Shown: piece after piece, positions 1 through 9,182 of the stretch
Numbering within the stretch: position 1 is the stretch's first letter
Layout: every line of letters starts with the position of its first letter
Origin: Polyangia bacterium
GTDB lineage: Bacteria; Myxococcota_A; Polyangia; Nannocystales; Nannocystaceae
DNA: 64,000 bases
NCBI GenBank assembly: GCA_030424595.1
Contig: JAUHWG010000011.1
Location: 129,130 to 193,129, forward strand
Direction: 5' to 3'
Translations under genes and position numbers: made by a program
Notes under the pieces: model-generated
Seen by the model: only the letters and a program-made list of their open reading frames with translations
Told to the model about the DNA's origin: nothing
Database searches by the model: none

Positions 1-584
1 TCCCCCTCGCCGAAGGCCAGCGAGACGATCTGTCCGAGCATCGGCGAGATGCTCATGATGAGCGACTCGTCGACCCCGTCACGGCTGGCGAAGCGGTCGA
101 CGGCCTTGGCCACGCCGCTCGGGAGCGAGTCGCTCGCATGGGCGGGCACGGTCTCGATGTCGACGACGAGGCTCTTGCAGAGGCGATCGCCGACGTAGCG
201 GTGGCCGTCGCCGAAGAGCACGGCGGGGTCGTAGCCGGGCTCGGGCTGCTCTGGATCGACGAGGCGGAGGCGGCGGATGTTGAGCTGGACGGCGCCCTGA
301 TAGACGTCAGCGCGGGCGAGGAGGCGCAGCGGCTGGCCGACCTCGAGCTGAGCGGCGAGCTGCATCGCCTCGCTTGCGTCGTCCCAGATCTTGGCGGCGA
401 CGGTCCGGGTCGTGTCGCCGAGGCGGAGGTCGTAGAAGGGGCGCCCGCCCTTGGTTCTCCCGCTCTTGATCGCGAGGACAGCGGCGAAGGCGGCGACGAG
501 CTGATCGGGATCGGGGGTGACCTCTTCCAGAGAGTTAACAGCGAGCGGATCTCGGCGTGGTGGCTGCACGATGCGCGGAAGCAT
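1..584 (-). CDS. YhaM-like 3'-5' exonuclease (N-terminal OB-fold followed by HD domain); partial, the C-terminus lies beyond the window start
   Basis: Hand translation of the minus strand gives MLPRIVQPP...DQLVAAFAAVLAIKSGRTKGGRPFYDLRLGDTTRTVAAKIWDD...ARADVYQGAVQLNIRRLRLVDPEQ. This aligns with the YhaM N-terminal OB fold (KLWD ... VKVVGDV..YRG.TQLKLRNIRPV) and continues into an HD-type region. The in-frame ATG is at 584-582. This frame is not in the ORF track because it is truncated by the window edge. Confidence 0.55.
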   Translation of the reverse strand, partial: MLPRIVQPPRRDPLAVNSLEEVTPDPDQLVAAFAAVLAIKSGRTKGGRPFYDLRLGDTTRTVAAKIWDDASEAMQLAAQLEVGQPLRLLARADVYQGAVQLNIRRLRLVDPEQPEPGYDPAVLFGDGHRYVGDRLCKSLVVDIETVPAHASDSLPSGVAKAVDRFASRDGVDESLIMSISPMLGQIVSLAFGEG

Positions 585-714
585 ACATGGTGGCGTGGGG
601 GCTCGCGACGACCGGTGTGCAGCTGTGACCTCGCGCGGGGAGGGGGGGAGAAACCTGCTGTCGCGGCCGAGGGTCGCAAGAGTGGCGTCTAACGACTACC
701 CTCGCGCCGGAGTC

Positions 715-2658
715 ATGATGAAACGAAGCAGCCTCCTCACCCTCTTGATCCTCCTCGTCGCCTGTCAGGGGCCGCGCACGCCGGCAGACAAGGGGGAGAG
801 CGCAGAGGCGAAGGACGACGCGTCTGGGGCGAGCTCCGAGGACGGGAAGAAGGAGAGCTCTGGCGTGCCGGGGATGGACGGCCTCGGCAAGCTCGGACCC
901 TTGGGGGCGATGATGGCCGCGAAGCTCGACGAGCCGGGGCCCTACGACGCGCTGAAGTCCTCCCCTGGCTTCGCCAAGGACAAGCCGCACTGGTTGACGA
1001 TGAGCCTGCGCGGCGAGGTCTCGGAGATGACCGAGATCTCGCTCAGCCTGACCGGCGCTCCGCCGCCGACGATCGAGCTCCAGCCCCTCCTCAAGCGCCT
1101 CGACAAGGCCGCCGCCGATCCCCAGGTCAAGGGGCTGCTCTTGACCCTCGACGGCCTCGTCGCCGACTGGTCCTCGGCCCAGGAGCTGCACGCCGGCCTG
1201 ACCCGCTTCAAGGGGGGCGGCGCGCGGACGATCGCCTGCCACTTCGACAACGCGGTCAACCAGGCCTACCACCTGGCGACGGTCTGCGATCGGATCGGCA
1301 TGAGCCCGCACGGGATGGTGACGATCTCGGGCGCAGCGGCGACGCCTGTCCACCTCAAGGGGCTCATGGACAAGCTCGGGATCGTCGCCGACATCGTCCA
1401 CATCGGCGACTACAAGGGGGCGGCGGAGCCCCTCACCCGCAGCGAGCCGTCGAAGGCGATGCGGGAGACGCTCGGGGCGATCGTCGACCAGTTCTACGCG
1501 AGCCAGCGACAGGGGCTCATCGACGGTCGCAAGCTCAGCGAGGAGAAGGCGACCGAGCTCATCGACAACGCGCTCTTCACCGCCGACTCGGCGAAGGCTG
1601 CGGGGCTCATCGATGATGTCGCGGTCTACGAGAGCTTCCGCGAGCAGGCCCTCGGCGGCGCGGAGTGGACCGTCTTCAAGGGCAAGTCCGGCGGCGACGC
1701 CTTCGACTTCGGCAAGCTCCAGGCCTTCCTCGGTCTGGTCCCGCCGAAGACGCCGAGCGTCCCCCACGTCGCGGTCGTCTACGCCCTCGGCAGCATCGTC
1801 GACGGCGGCGGCCAAGGGGTCCTCGGGGCCCGGACCGAGATCGCCGGCCACACCCTCTCGACCGCGATCCGACGGATGGCGGCCGACGAGAAGGTAGCCG
1901 CGATCGTCCTCCGGGTGAACTCCGGCGGCGGATCGGCGATCGCCTCGGAGCAGATCGCCCAGGCGCTCATCGAGGCCAAGGCGCGCAAGCCTGTGATCGT
2001 GTCGATGGGCCGGGTCGCGGCCTCCGGCGGCTACTACATCTCGGCGAACGCGACCAAGGTCTTCGCCCTCCCGGACACCCTGACCGGCTCGATCGGGGTC
2101 GTCGGCGGCAAGATCAACGTCGAGAAGGGGCTGGGGAAGATGGGGATCAACACCTTCCACATCGGCCGTGGCGCCCGCTCCGGCATGTGGTCGTTGATGT
2201 CTTCCTGGTCGGAGGGGGAGCGGGCTGCGGTCAAGGCGATGATGGAGGACACCTACAAGCTCTTCCTGAGCCGCGTCGCCGAGGGCCGCGGCAAGAGCAC
2301 TGAGGAGATCCACGAGATCGCCCAGGGCCGGGTCTGGACCGGCGTCGACGCCAAGGAGCGGGGCCTCGTCGACTCCCTCGGCGGCCTGGAAGAGGCGCTC
2401 GCGGAGGCGCGGAGCCTGGCCAAGGTCGGCGACGACGTCGAGCTCGAGATCTACCCGCCGGAGCCGACCCTCAAGGACATCGTCAACAGCCTCGGCCCGA
2501 TCTCGACGCCGGTCGGCGTCCAGGCGGCGCTCGCCGAGATCGAGGCGAGCGCCGGGCGGAAGACCGCGAAGGTGGTCAGCGAGACCTTCGACGCGCTCTT
2601 CAGCCTGCGCCAGCAGCAGATCCAGACCCGCGTCCTCTTCCCGGTCGTCTTCGACTAG
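715..2658 (+). CDS. sppA: Signal peptide peptidase SppA (protease IV, 67K type with two S49 domains); lipoprotein signal (LLVACQG)
   Basis: Two S49 repeats are present (IVLRVNSGGGSAIASEQI...VIVSMGRVAASGGYYIS). The Ser/Lys dyad context is present. Start taken at the ATG pair at 715 that precedes the lipobox. Confidence 0.88.
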   Translation: MMKRSSLLTLLILLVACQGPRTPADKGESAEAKDDASGASSEDGKKESSGVPGMDGLGKLGPLGAMMAAKLDEPGPYDALKSSPGFAKDKPHWLTMSLRGEVSEMTEISLSLTGAPPPTIELQPLLKRLDKAAADPQVKGLLLTLDGLVADWSSAQELHAGLTRFKGGGARTIACHFDNAVNQAYHLATVCDRIGMSPHGMVTISGAAATPVHLKGLMDKLGIVADIVHIGDYKGAAEPLTRSEPSKAMRETLGAIVDQFYASQRQGLIDGRKLSEEKATELIDNALFTADSAKAAGLIDDVAVYESFREQALGGAEWTVFKGKSGGDAFDFGKLQAFLGLVPPKTPSVPHVAVVYALGSIVDGGGQGVLGARTEIAGHTLSTAIRRMAADEKVAAIVLRVNSGGGSAIASEQIAQALIEAKARKPVIVSMGRVAASGGYYISANATKVFALPDTLTGSIGVVGGKINVEKGLGKMGINTFHIGRGARSGMWSLMSSWSEGERAAVKAMMEDTYKLFLSRVAEGRGKSTEEIHEIAQGRVWTGVDAKERGLVDSLGGLEEALAEARSLAKVGDDVELEIYPPEPTLKDIVNSLGPISTPVGVQAALAEIEASAGRKTAKVVSETFDALFSLRQQQIQTRVLFPVVFD

Positions 2659-2860
2659 GCGGGCAGCGGCTGCGCGCCAGGACGGGCGATCCGACGATGT
2701 GCTCGCCGGACTGGGCCTCGTCCTGGTCATCGATGACCAAGGGGCGCCGGTCCAGCCGGGGCGGTCGGACAGCAACGCCGCGTAGGTCGACCCGCAGAGG
2801 TCGTCCGCGGCGAAGCTCGCAGTCCGGAGCTGGGAGGCGGTCGACAGCCTGGACGGCTGC

Positions 2861-4129
2861 CTACACGAACTCGATCCGCAGGCGGATCTTCTTGCCGGAC
2901 TGGAGCCGGACGGGCTCGCCGTCCTCGCCGATCATCGCCTTTGGATCGGTGATCGGATCGCCGTCGATCTTCACGGCACCTCCCTCGATCCGCTGACGAG
3001 CGTCGCGCTTGGACTTGAAGGCTCCGATCTCGGGGTGGGTCACGAGGTCGACCAGGCGCATCGCCCCCTCGATCTTCACGCAGGGGACCGCGCTCCAATC
3101 ACCGCCGCCGCCGAACGCCTGTTTTGACGCCTGCTTGGCCTTGGCGGCAGCTTCCGCGCCGTGGAGGAGCGTGGTCGCCTCGACCGCGAGGCGGGCCTTG
3201 GCGGCGTTGAGGGCGATGCCGCCGGTCTCCGTCAGGGCGTCGATCTCCGCGAGCGGGAGCTCGGTGTAGAGGCGGAGGAGCTTGGCGACGTCGCGGTCGT
3301 CGCAGGAGATCCAGTACTGGTAGTAGTCGAAGGGCGAGAGTCGCTCGGCGTCGATCCAGATCGCGCCGCGCTCGGTCTTCCCCATCTTCTTGCCGTCGGC
3401 CGTGGTCAGCAGCGGCAGGGTCAGGCCGTAGGCGGCCCCCGGCTGATCGGTCTCGCTGGTCACCCGACGGATAAGCTCGATGCCGGCGACGATGTTGCCC
3501 CACTGATCGCTGCCGCCGATCTGGAGGGTGCAGCCGTGGGTGTTGTAGAGCTGGAGGAAGTCGTAGGCCTGGAGGAGCTGGTAGTTGAACTCGAGGAAGG
3601 AGAGCGGGATCTCAGCGTCGAGCCGATCGCGGTAGGTCTTGACCGCGACCATCCGGTTGACCGTGAAGTGACGGCCGATGTCGCGGAGAAACTCGATGTA
3701 GTGGAGCCCGCGCAGCCAGTCGCGGTTGTCGAGGAAGAGCGCGTCGTTCGCCTGGCCGCTGTCTCGGTGGAGGAGCGTCCCGAATTGGCGGAAGATCGCC
3801 TCGCCGTTGGCGGTGATCTCCTCGGCGGAGAGGATCTTGCGCATCTCGGTCTTGCCCGAGGGATCGCCGATCATCGCCGTGCCGCCGCCGAGGATCGCGA
3901 TCGGTCGGTGACCGTGCTTTTGCAGGAGGCGCATCGCCATCAGCTGGACGAGCGAGCCCGCGTGCAGGGACGAGGCGGTCGGATCGAAGCCGATGTAGAA
4001 GGTGACCATGCCGGCCGCCAGGGCGTCGTCGATGGCCTCGATGTCCGAGACCTGCTCGAAATAGCCGCGCTCGATCAGAGACTTGAGGGCCGCGGACTTC
4101 GGCTGGTAGGCGGGGGGCGGGGTTCCCAT
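2861..4129 (-). CDS. tyrS: Tyrosine--tRNA ligase
   Basis: Full-length TyrRS with a HIGH-like motif (SSLHAGSL), KMGKT (the KMSKS equivalent) and a C-terminal S4-like domain. Confidence 0.95.
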   Translation of the reverse strand: MGTPPPAYQPKSAALKSLIERGYFEQVSDIEAIDDALAAGMVTFYIGFDPTASSLHAGSLVQLMAMRLLQKHGHRPIAILGGGTAMIGDPSGKTEMRKILSAEEITANGEAIFRQFGTLLHRDSGQANDALFLDNRDWLRGLHYIEFLRDIGRHFTVNRMVAVKTYRDRLDAEIPLSFLEFNYQLLQAYDFLQLYNTHGCTLQIGGSDQWGNIVAGIELIRRVTSETDQPGAAYGLTLPLLTTADGKKMGKTERGAIWIDAERLSPFDYYQYWISCDDRDVAKLLRLYTELPLAEIDALTETGGIALNAAKARLAVEATTLLHGAEAAAKAKQASKQAFGGGGDWSAVPCVKIEGAMRLVDLVTHPEIGAFKSKRDARQRIEGGAVKIDGDPITDPKAMIGEDGEPVRLQSGKKIRLRIEFV

Positions 4130-4173
4130 GCGCCGGAGGATAGGACCATCCGCAGCGAGGGTCGACCCACCGC

Positions 4174-4518
4174 TCAGGCCTCCGCGGGATCCGCAGGCGC
4201 GGTCGGCCGGACGCTCGCCTGTGCCGGCTCCACCAGGTGGCGCCTGTGCGCGGCGAAGGTCGCCTCTAGCCGTGTGAGCCGCTCCTCCAGGGCTGTTCTC
4301 AGCCGATCGTGGAGATCCTGCTCGCGGAGGAGCTGGTCTGCGAGCTGGATCGCGACGAGCGCGAGGGCGCGGGTCCTGTTCCCGGCGTGGTGGTCACCCA
4401 GGAGCTCGGCGACCAGGGCGTCGACCAGCTCCGCGAGCTGGTGGACATACTCCGGCCCTTCGTCGCTGCGGATCGCCAGGCGCTGGCCGGCGACCTCGAC
4501 CTCGATCGCGCGCTTCAC
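4174..4518 (-). CDS. zapA: Cell division protein ZapA
   Basis: 114 aa. The N-terminus VEVAGQRLAIRSDEGPEYVHQLAELVD fits the ZapA fold pattern. It overlaps prfA by 4 nt. Confidence 0.7.
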   Translation of the reverse strand: MKRAIEVEVAGQRLAIRSDEGPEYVHQLAELVDALVAELLGDHHAGNRTRALALVAIQLADQLLREQDLHDRLRTALEERLTRLEATFAAHRRHLVEPAQASVRPTAPADPAEA

Positions 4519-5591
4519 TGACCCTGGGCTTCGGCGAGCCGGTCCGCCTCATCGCTCGCCCGGAGGGCGTCGATGACGTCGTCGATGCTGCCGTTCATGA
4601 AGTCGTTCAAGCCGTGGCGGGTCAGGTTGATCCGGTGATCGCTGATCCGGTCCTGAGGATAGTTGTAGGTCCGGATCTTCTCCGAGCGGTCGCCGGTGCC
4701 GATCTGTCCCCGGCGATGGGCGGCGCGCTCGGTCTGGTACTTCTGGATCTCGAGGTCGAGGAGCCGCGAGCGCAGGAGGCGGAAGGCGATCTCGCGGTTT
4801 TTCACCTGCGACTTCTCCTGCCGGCAGTGGACCGCGGTGCCGGTCGGGATGTGGGTGATCCTGACCGCGGAGTCGGTGGTGTTGACGTGCTGTCCGCCGG
4901 CGCCGCTGGCCCGCATCGTCTGGATCTCGAGGTCCTTGGGGTTGATCTCGATGTCGATCTCTTCGGCCTCGGGCATCACCGCGACGGTCGCCGTCGAGGT
5001 GTGGATGCGACCCTGAGACTCGGTCGCCGGCACCCGCTGGACCCGGTGGACGCCGCTCTCGAACTTGAGCATGGCGTAGACGTTCTTGCCCCGGATCGTC
5101 CCCGTGATCTCCCGATAGCCGCCGGCGCCGGCCGGGCTGGCGCTCAGGAGCTCGATCGTCCAGCCATGGGTCTCGGCGAAGCGGCTGTACATGCGCCAGA
5201 GATCGGCGGCGAAGAGGGCCGCCTCCTCGCCGCCCGCGCCAGCGCGGATCTCGAGGATGACGTCCTTGTTGTCGTTGGGATCCTTGGGGAGGAGGAGGCG
5301 CTCGATCGCTCGATTGCGCTCCTCGACCACCGTCCGCAGGCGATCGACGTCGGCCTCCGCGAGCTCCCGCATGTCGGGGTCCAAGAGCAGACCCTCGGCG
5401 TCGGCGAGCTCCGCCATCAGCTCGACGATCTCGCGATAGGCCTCGGCGACGGGGGTCATCTCGGCGTGCTCTCGCGAGAGCTGGAGAAAGCGGTCCTTGT
5501 CGGCGGCGATCTCCTGATCGCAGAGCATCTCGGCGAGCTCTTCGTGGCGCTCGCAGATGTTCTCGAGCTTGGCGCGGAGGCTTGAGTTCAT
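4515..5591 (-). CDS. prfA: Peptide chain release factor 1
   Basis: GGQ motif (SGAGGQHVNTTDSAVRITH). The RF1-specific sequence KFESGVHRVQRVPATESQGRIHTS (PxT-type) is present. Confidence 0.93.
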   Translation of the reverse strand: MNSSLRAKLENICERHEELAEMLCDQEIAADKDRFLQLSREHAEMTPVAEAYREIVELMAELADAEGLLLDPDMRELAEADVDRLRTVVEERNRAIERLLLPKDPNDNKDVILEIRAGAGGEEAALFAADLWRMYSRFAETHGWTIELLSASPAGAGGYREITGTIRGKNVYAMLKFESGVHRVQRVPATESQGRIHTSTATVAVMPEAEEIDIEINPKDLEIQTMRASGAGGQHVNTTDSAVRITHIPTGTAVHCRQEKSQVKNREIAFRLLRSRLLDLEIQKYQTERAAHRRGQIGTGDRSEKIRTYNYPQDRISDHRINLTRHGLNDFMNGSIDDVIDALRASDEADRLAEAQGQ

Positions 5592-5758
5592 GGCGCAGAT
5601 CTCGTCAATGGTGGGCGCCGACCTCGATCGGCGCTCTCCTCAGGGGAGGAGGCTAGCGGCCTCCGGGGGGCGCGCGACCGTAGCATCGGCGCTAGAAACC
5701 GGCAACGGCGGCGCTCTCTCGGCGTCGGGGGCGTTGCGGAGGTCGACGGCGCCGGGCT

Positions 5759-7126
5759 ATGTCTGCCTCGACTATGGCGATCGAGCCGCGATGGGCCGCG
5801 CGTATCCAGCTGCTGCGGGAGCTGTGGGAGGGTCGTGATCGGATCATCGTCGATCCGATGGTCGAGCGCTTCCTCAGCTCGGCCCAGGGGATCGGCGCGC
5901 GTCGCCGGAGCGGAGCCTGCGCAGAGGTCGTCGACGCGCTCCTCGGCGGCGTCGCCGGACGGGTCCGCCTCCTCGCCGACGACCCGCGCTCGCTCGCCGG
6001 GGCCAGGCGTCATCAGGGGCTAGAGCTCGCCGAGGCCGACGCGAGCGCGGCGATCCTCGACAGCGCTCCCTGGGAGGTCGCGCTCGTCGACCTGGGACGT
6101 TACCTCGGCCCCGACGCCAGCCCCTCGCGGATGCTCCGCCGCGATCTGCCTGGTCTCGCGCGACGCTTGGACCGTCGAGCGATCGCCCTCCTCGACGTTC
6201 TCGCCGACGGAGCTGCCCAGGGCAGGGTGGTCGTCGTCACGGTCGCCGCCGCGCTGGTGAAGGTGGCGGAGTTTCAGGCGCTGATCGAGGCGTGCTTCGA
6301 GCGGGCCCATCTCCTCGGGATCGCTCCGCTGCCGGTGATGGCCGCGATCGACTTCGGTCTGGTCGCCCGCGGCGACGACGGCCGCGGCGGAGGGGATGGC
6401 GAGGTCGGGATCGCCTTCGACAACAGCCTCGGCACCGATCCGAAGTTCACCGAGTACATCGCCGTGGTCGGACGGACGCTCGCCGGGGGCCTGACCCTGA
6501 TCGAGATCCCGCCTGTAGCGGCGAGCCCCGTCAGCCGCGAGGGCACCGACACCCTGCGGATCCAGATCGCCCAGGCGCGGCGCCAGCTCGAGCTCGCCGC
6601 CGCAGCCCGGGAGTCGCTCGTCGAGCAGCTCGACGCGGCGCTCGGGCGAGCGTCGGGCCTTGAAGACCGCTGCTCCTCCCTGGAGGAGCGGCTCGCGGAG
6701 GCCGCGTGGGGCCCAGGCGAGCGCAGCCCGAACGAGCGCGACGACGCGCCGACCGGCGGTGAGGGGTACGCGGTGCTCCAGGCGACGGTCCAGAGCCTCC
6801 GCTGGGAGGTCGAGAAGTCCAAGGAGGAGGTCCGTCGCCTCACGGAGAGACCCGTAGGGGTGCTGGAGGCGGAGGTCGCGAGCCTGCGCGCTCGCCTGGA
6901 GGACGTCGACGCGAGCGGAGCGACGGAGGCCCCGGCGGCGGCGGCCCAGGGACGCCCCTCGGCTGCGCAAGGACCCTCGCTGGCGGGGATCGAGCGGGCC
7001 CAGGCGGCGCTCGATGTCCTCCTGCGCCGCCTCGACCGGGGAGGCGTCGGCCAGCGAGAGCTCCGGCGCAAGCTCGCCGAGGTGGCATCGCTCCTCGCCG
7101 GGGCCGCGGACGACGACACCTCCTGA
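5759..7126 (+). CDS. Hypothetical protein with C-terminal coiled-coil
   Basis: 455-aa ORF with high GC3 codon usage. The overlapping minus-strand ORFs (6020..7372, 6274..7758) are Arg/Ser/Pro-rich antisense artefacts. The C-terminal half has heptad-like LEERLAEA / LRARLEDV segments. Confidence 0.5.
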   Translation: MSASTMAIEPRWAARIQLLRELWEGRDRIIVDPMVERFLSSAQGIGARRRSGACAEVVDALLGGVAGRVRLLADDPRSLAGARRHQGLELAEADASAAILDSAPWEVALVDLGRYLGPDASPSRMLRRDLPGLARRLDRRAIALLDVLADGAAQGRVVVVTVAAALVKVAEFQALIEACFERAHLLGIAPLPVMAAIDFGLVARGDDGRGGGDGEVGIAFDNSLGTDPKFTEYIAVVGRTLAGGLTLIEIPPVAASPVSREGTDTLRIQIAQARRQLELAAAARESLVEQLDAALGRASGLEDRCSSLEERLAEAAWGPGERSPNERDDAPTGGEGYAVLQATVQSLRWEVEKSKEEVRRLTERPVGVLEAEVASLRARLEDVDASGATEAPAAAAQGRPSAAQGPSLAGIERAQAALDVLLRRLDRGGVGQRELRRKLAEVASLLAGAADDDTS

Positions 7127-7302
7127 GGCGGTCGAAGGCCGCTCCGAGGTCGCATCGCGGTGTTGCGGGGTTTGATCGGGCGGCTTATGCTGGGTCCCGG
7201 CCGCGGCCCCCAGTCGCTGCCGACCTTGTTCAGCACCCGACGCGGAGCAGACGCCCTGACCAGCGGTTGCCCGTGACTTGACCTGCGGAAGTGAGTTAAT
7301 CC

Positions 7303-7938
7303 ATGCGAGTTGTTTCCGGTGCGCCGATCCCCGACTGGGCGGCGCTTGAGACTGCATTTGAGCACAACGCACCTGACACCCATAGCTATCTCGATCTCGA
7401 GACTGGCCAGGTAGTCCAGGTCGTCGACTCGAGGCCGGAGGACGAAGAGAAGCGGACGATGATCCGCTCGAGCGGGAGCCGCTACGTCCATCTGGACCCT
7501 GCCTCCTCTCGTGAGCAGTACCGGTGGATGGAGCGCTTCGTCGCCTCCGTCGAGGACGGGACGCTCAAGGAGCGGCTCATCCTCGCGATCGACGGCAAGG
7601 GCGCCTTTCGCCGCTTTAAGGACGTGCTGCTCTCGTACCCGGTCGAGCGCGACCGGTGGTTTGCCTACCGTGCGAACCTCCTTCACATCTACATCGATTC
7701 CTGGTTGGAGCCCCGCGACGTCGCCCTCGGCGAGAACCCGCCGTGGGGAGATCCCCAACCGCCCGCGGAGCCCGACGTGCCCCTAGAAAAACCAATTGGT
7801 GAGCGAGGCGAAGGCCCGACGGAGACCCTCCGTCGCGAAGCTCGTGATCTGATCGAGCAGATGCCCGCCCTCGAGCTGCCGGCGGCGATCGCCTACATGA
7901 CCTTCTTGATAGAGCGTAAACCGACGCTCAGCGAGTGA
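7303..7938 (+). CDS. UPF0158 family protein
   Basis: Conserved UPF0158 blocks: YLDLETGQV, EQYRWMERFV, AIDGKGAFRRFKDVLLSYPVERDRWF. Its first codons and the 160 nt upstream have noticeably lower GC than the surroundings. Confidence 0.7.
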   Translation: MRVVSGAPIPDWAALETAFEHNAPDTHSYLDLETGQVVQVVDSRPEDEEKRTMIRSSGSRYVHLDPASSREQYRWMERFVASVEDGTLKERLILAIDGKGAFRRFKDVLLSYPVERDRWFAYRANLLHIYIDSWLEPRDVALGENPPWGDPQPPAEPDVPLEKPIGERGEGPTETLRREARDLIEQMPALELPAAIAYMTFLIERKPTLSE

Positions 7939-7945
7939 GCCTCGC

Positions 7946-8899
7946 TTGGCCGACCAGGACAGCTCGGCGGACCCCCCTGGGCCGTCCATGGGCGGTGCGC
8001 GTTCGTTTCGCCGCTTCATCGGCGTCAACCTAGGCGGTGGCCGCGGGAAGACGACCGCGGTCGCTCGTCTGGAGCTCGATACGGAGAGTCGCGTGCGGGT
8101 CGTCGAGGCCCGCGTGCGTCAGGGCCATCGCGGCGGCGGTGAGGACGGGAAGGGCGACGCGCTCTTCCGCGACGATGTTCTCGTCGACTACATCCGCGAG
8201 TGGTTGGACGACGAGACCGTCGTCGCGATCAACGCCCCGTTGACCCTGCCGCCGTGCATCTCCTGTCAGCTCGCCTGTCCAGGGGTCTCGTCGTGCGTCG
8301 TCCCGTCGGTGGTCTGGATGCGAGAGCATGCGCCGGCGCTGCTCGCCCGTCGTGGTCGCGCCGACCGGTCCAAGCCCTCGGTGACCCCCTACACCCAACG
8401 GGCGGTCGACGTTCTCTACAGTCACGCCCAGCTCCAGCCGCGTGAGTCTCTCGGACAGGGGATGGGCCCCTTGGCGGCCCGTGCGACCTACCTTCGCCGG
8501 GCGCTCGCGCCGGAGCTCCGGCTCCATGAGAACCTCATCGAGGTCCACCCGCCGGCGACCTTGGTCCGGCTGTGCGGCGCCGAGTTTGAGCGGAGTCTGC
8601 GTCGGGGCGAGACCGCCCGTCTGTGGAGCCAACGCAAGGAGACGTTCGCACGCCTCGATCGATGGCTCCGGTTTGACTACGTCTGGCCCGAGGTTGTGGT
8701 CCGAAGCCCCCATGTCTTCGACGCCGTAATTAGCGGATTCACGGCGTTTCTCTGGGCTCTTGAGGGCTGGGCTGGGCCGACCGACATGCTCTCCGAGGAC
8801 TCGTCAGGGGCCGTTATCGCGGCGATCTCCGGGCTCGGGCTCGACTGGGTCGAGGATGGGTGGATTTGGGCGCCACCGACCCCGAAGCCTGATGTGTGA
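7946..8899 (+). CDS. Hypothetical protein with a Cys motif (CISCQLACPGVSSC); possibly an RNase-H-like/DUF429-like fold
   Basis: Starts 8 nt after the UPF0158 stop. The N-terminus FIGVNLGGGRGKTTAVARLEL resembles the glycine-rich start of DUF429-like proteins. This is recalled, not searched. Confidence 0.45.
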   Translation: MADQDSSADPPGPSMGGARSFRRFIGVNLGGGRGKTTAVARLELDTESRVRVVEARVRQGHRGGGEDGKGDALFRDDVLVDYIREWLDDETVVAINAPLTLPPCISCQLACPGVSSCVVPSVVWMREHAPALLARRGRADRSKPSVTPYTQRAVDVLYSHAQLQPRESLGQGMGPLAARATYLRRALAPELRLHENLIEVHPPATLVRLCGAEFERSLRRGETARLWSQRKETFARLDRWLRFDYVWPEVVVRSPHVFDAVISGFTAFLWALEGWAGPTDMLSEDSSGAVIAAISGLGLDWVEDGWIWAPPTPKPDV

Positions 8900-9002
8900 T
8901 TCGCCACGTTTGAGCCCTGAGACCGTCTTTGCCGGTCGGGCGTTGGCAGCCTTGTGATGTCGCGTCTCGAACCCCCGGTCCACCGGATGCCCGTCGGCAT
9001 AG

Positions 9003-9100
9003 GGCTGGGCTTGTCGGTGAGCTTGTCAGCGGGCTTGTCGGTGGGCTTGTCGGTGGGCTTGTCGGCAGGTAGCTCGGCAGGTAGCTCGGCGGGCTTGCCG
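9003..9100. repeat. Minisatellite: ~6 units of the 12 bp gggcttgtcggt, followed by 2 units of aggtagctcggc
   Basis: Read directly from the sequence. It is intergenic, between 8899 and 9183. The PTDK-repeat ORF 8677..9123(-) is just this array translated. Confidence 0.85.
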
Positions 9101-9182
9101 GCGATGCGGGGAGCGGTGCACATTGGTTGGCGGAGCGGAGACGGCGTGACCCTACGCAGCAGGCATCGGCCAGAGGTGAGCG

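Noticed and set aside
535-2775. 746-aa minus-strand ORF antisense to sppA. Similar long ORFs were checked and treated the same way: 3161..4576+, 6020..7372-, 6274..7758-, 8814..10439-, 11252..12775-, 17759..18910+, 25112..26608-, 26633..27856-, 28918..30654+, 30664..31605-, 33127..34509+, 36861..38873-, 39580..40419-, 48724..50004-, 55318..56895-, 56829..58355-, 59591..60916+, 62169..63764-
   Set aside because: They are Arg/Ala/Gly/Asp-rich low-complexity translations, which are typical of the non-coding frames of ~70% GC DNA. In each case the opposite strand encodes a protein with recognisable family motifs and proper GC3 bias.
9003-9100. CRISPR array interpretation of the three short tandem repeats (also 31625-31745 and 44149-44200)
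   Set aside because: The units are 10-12 bp and directly abutting, with no unique spacers. No cas genes are present. They are minisatellites.
8677-9123. 148-aa ORF with PTDK/PADK peptide repeats
   Set aside because: It is the translation of the 12-bp minisatellite. It overlaps the 3-prime end of the upstream gene in antisense. The remainder is Ser/Thr/Pro-rich and shows no codon bias.
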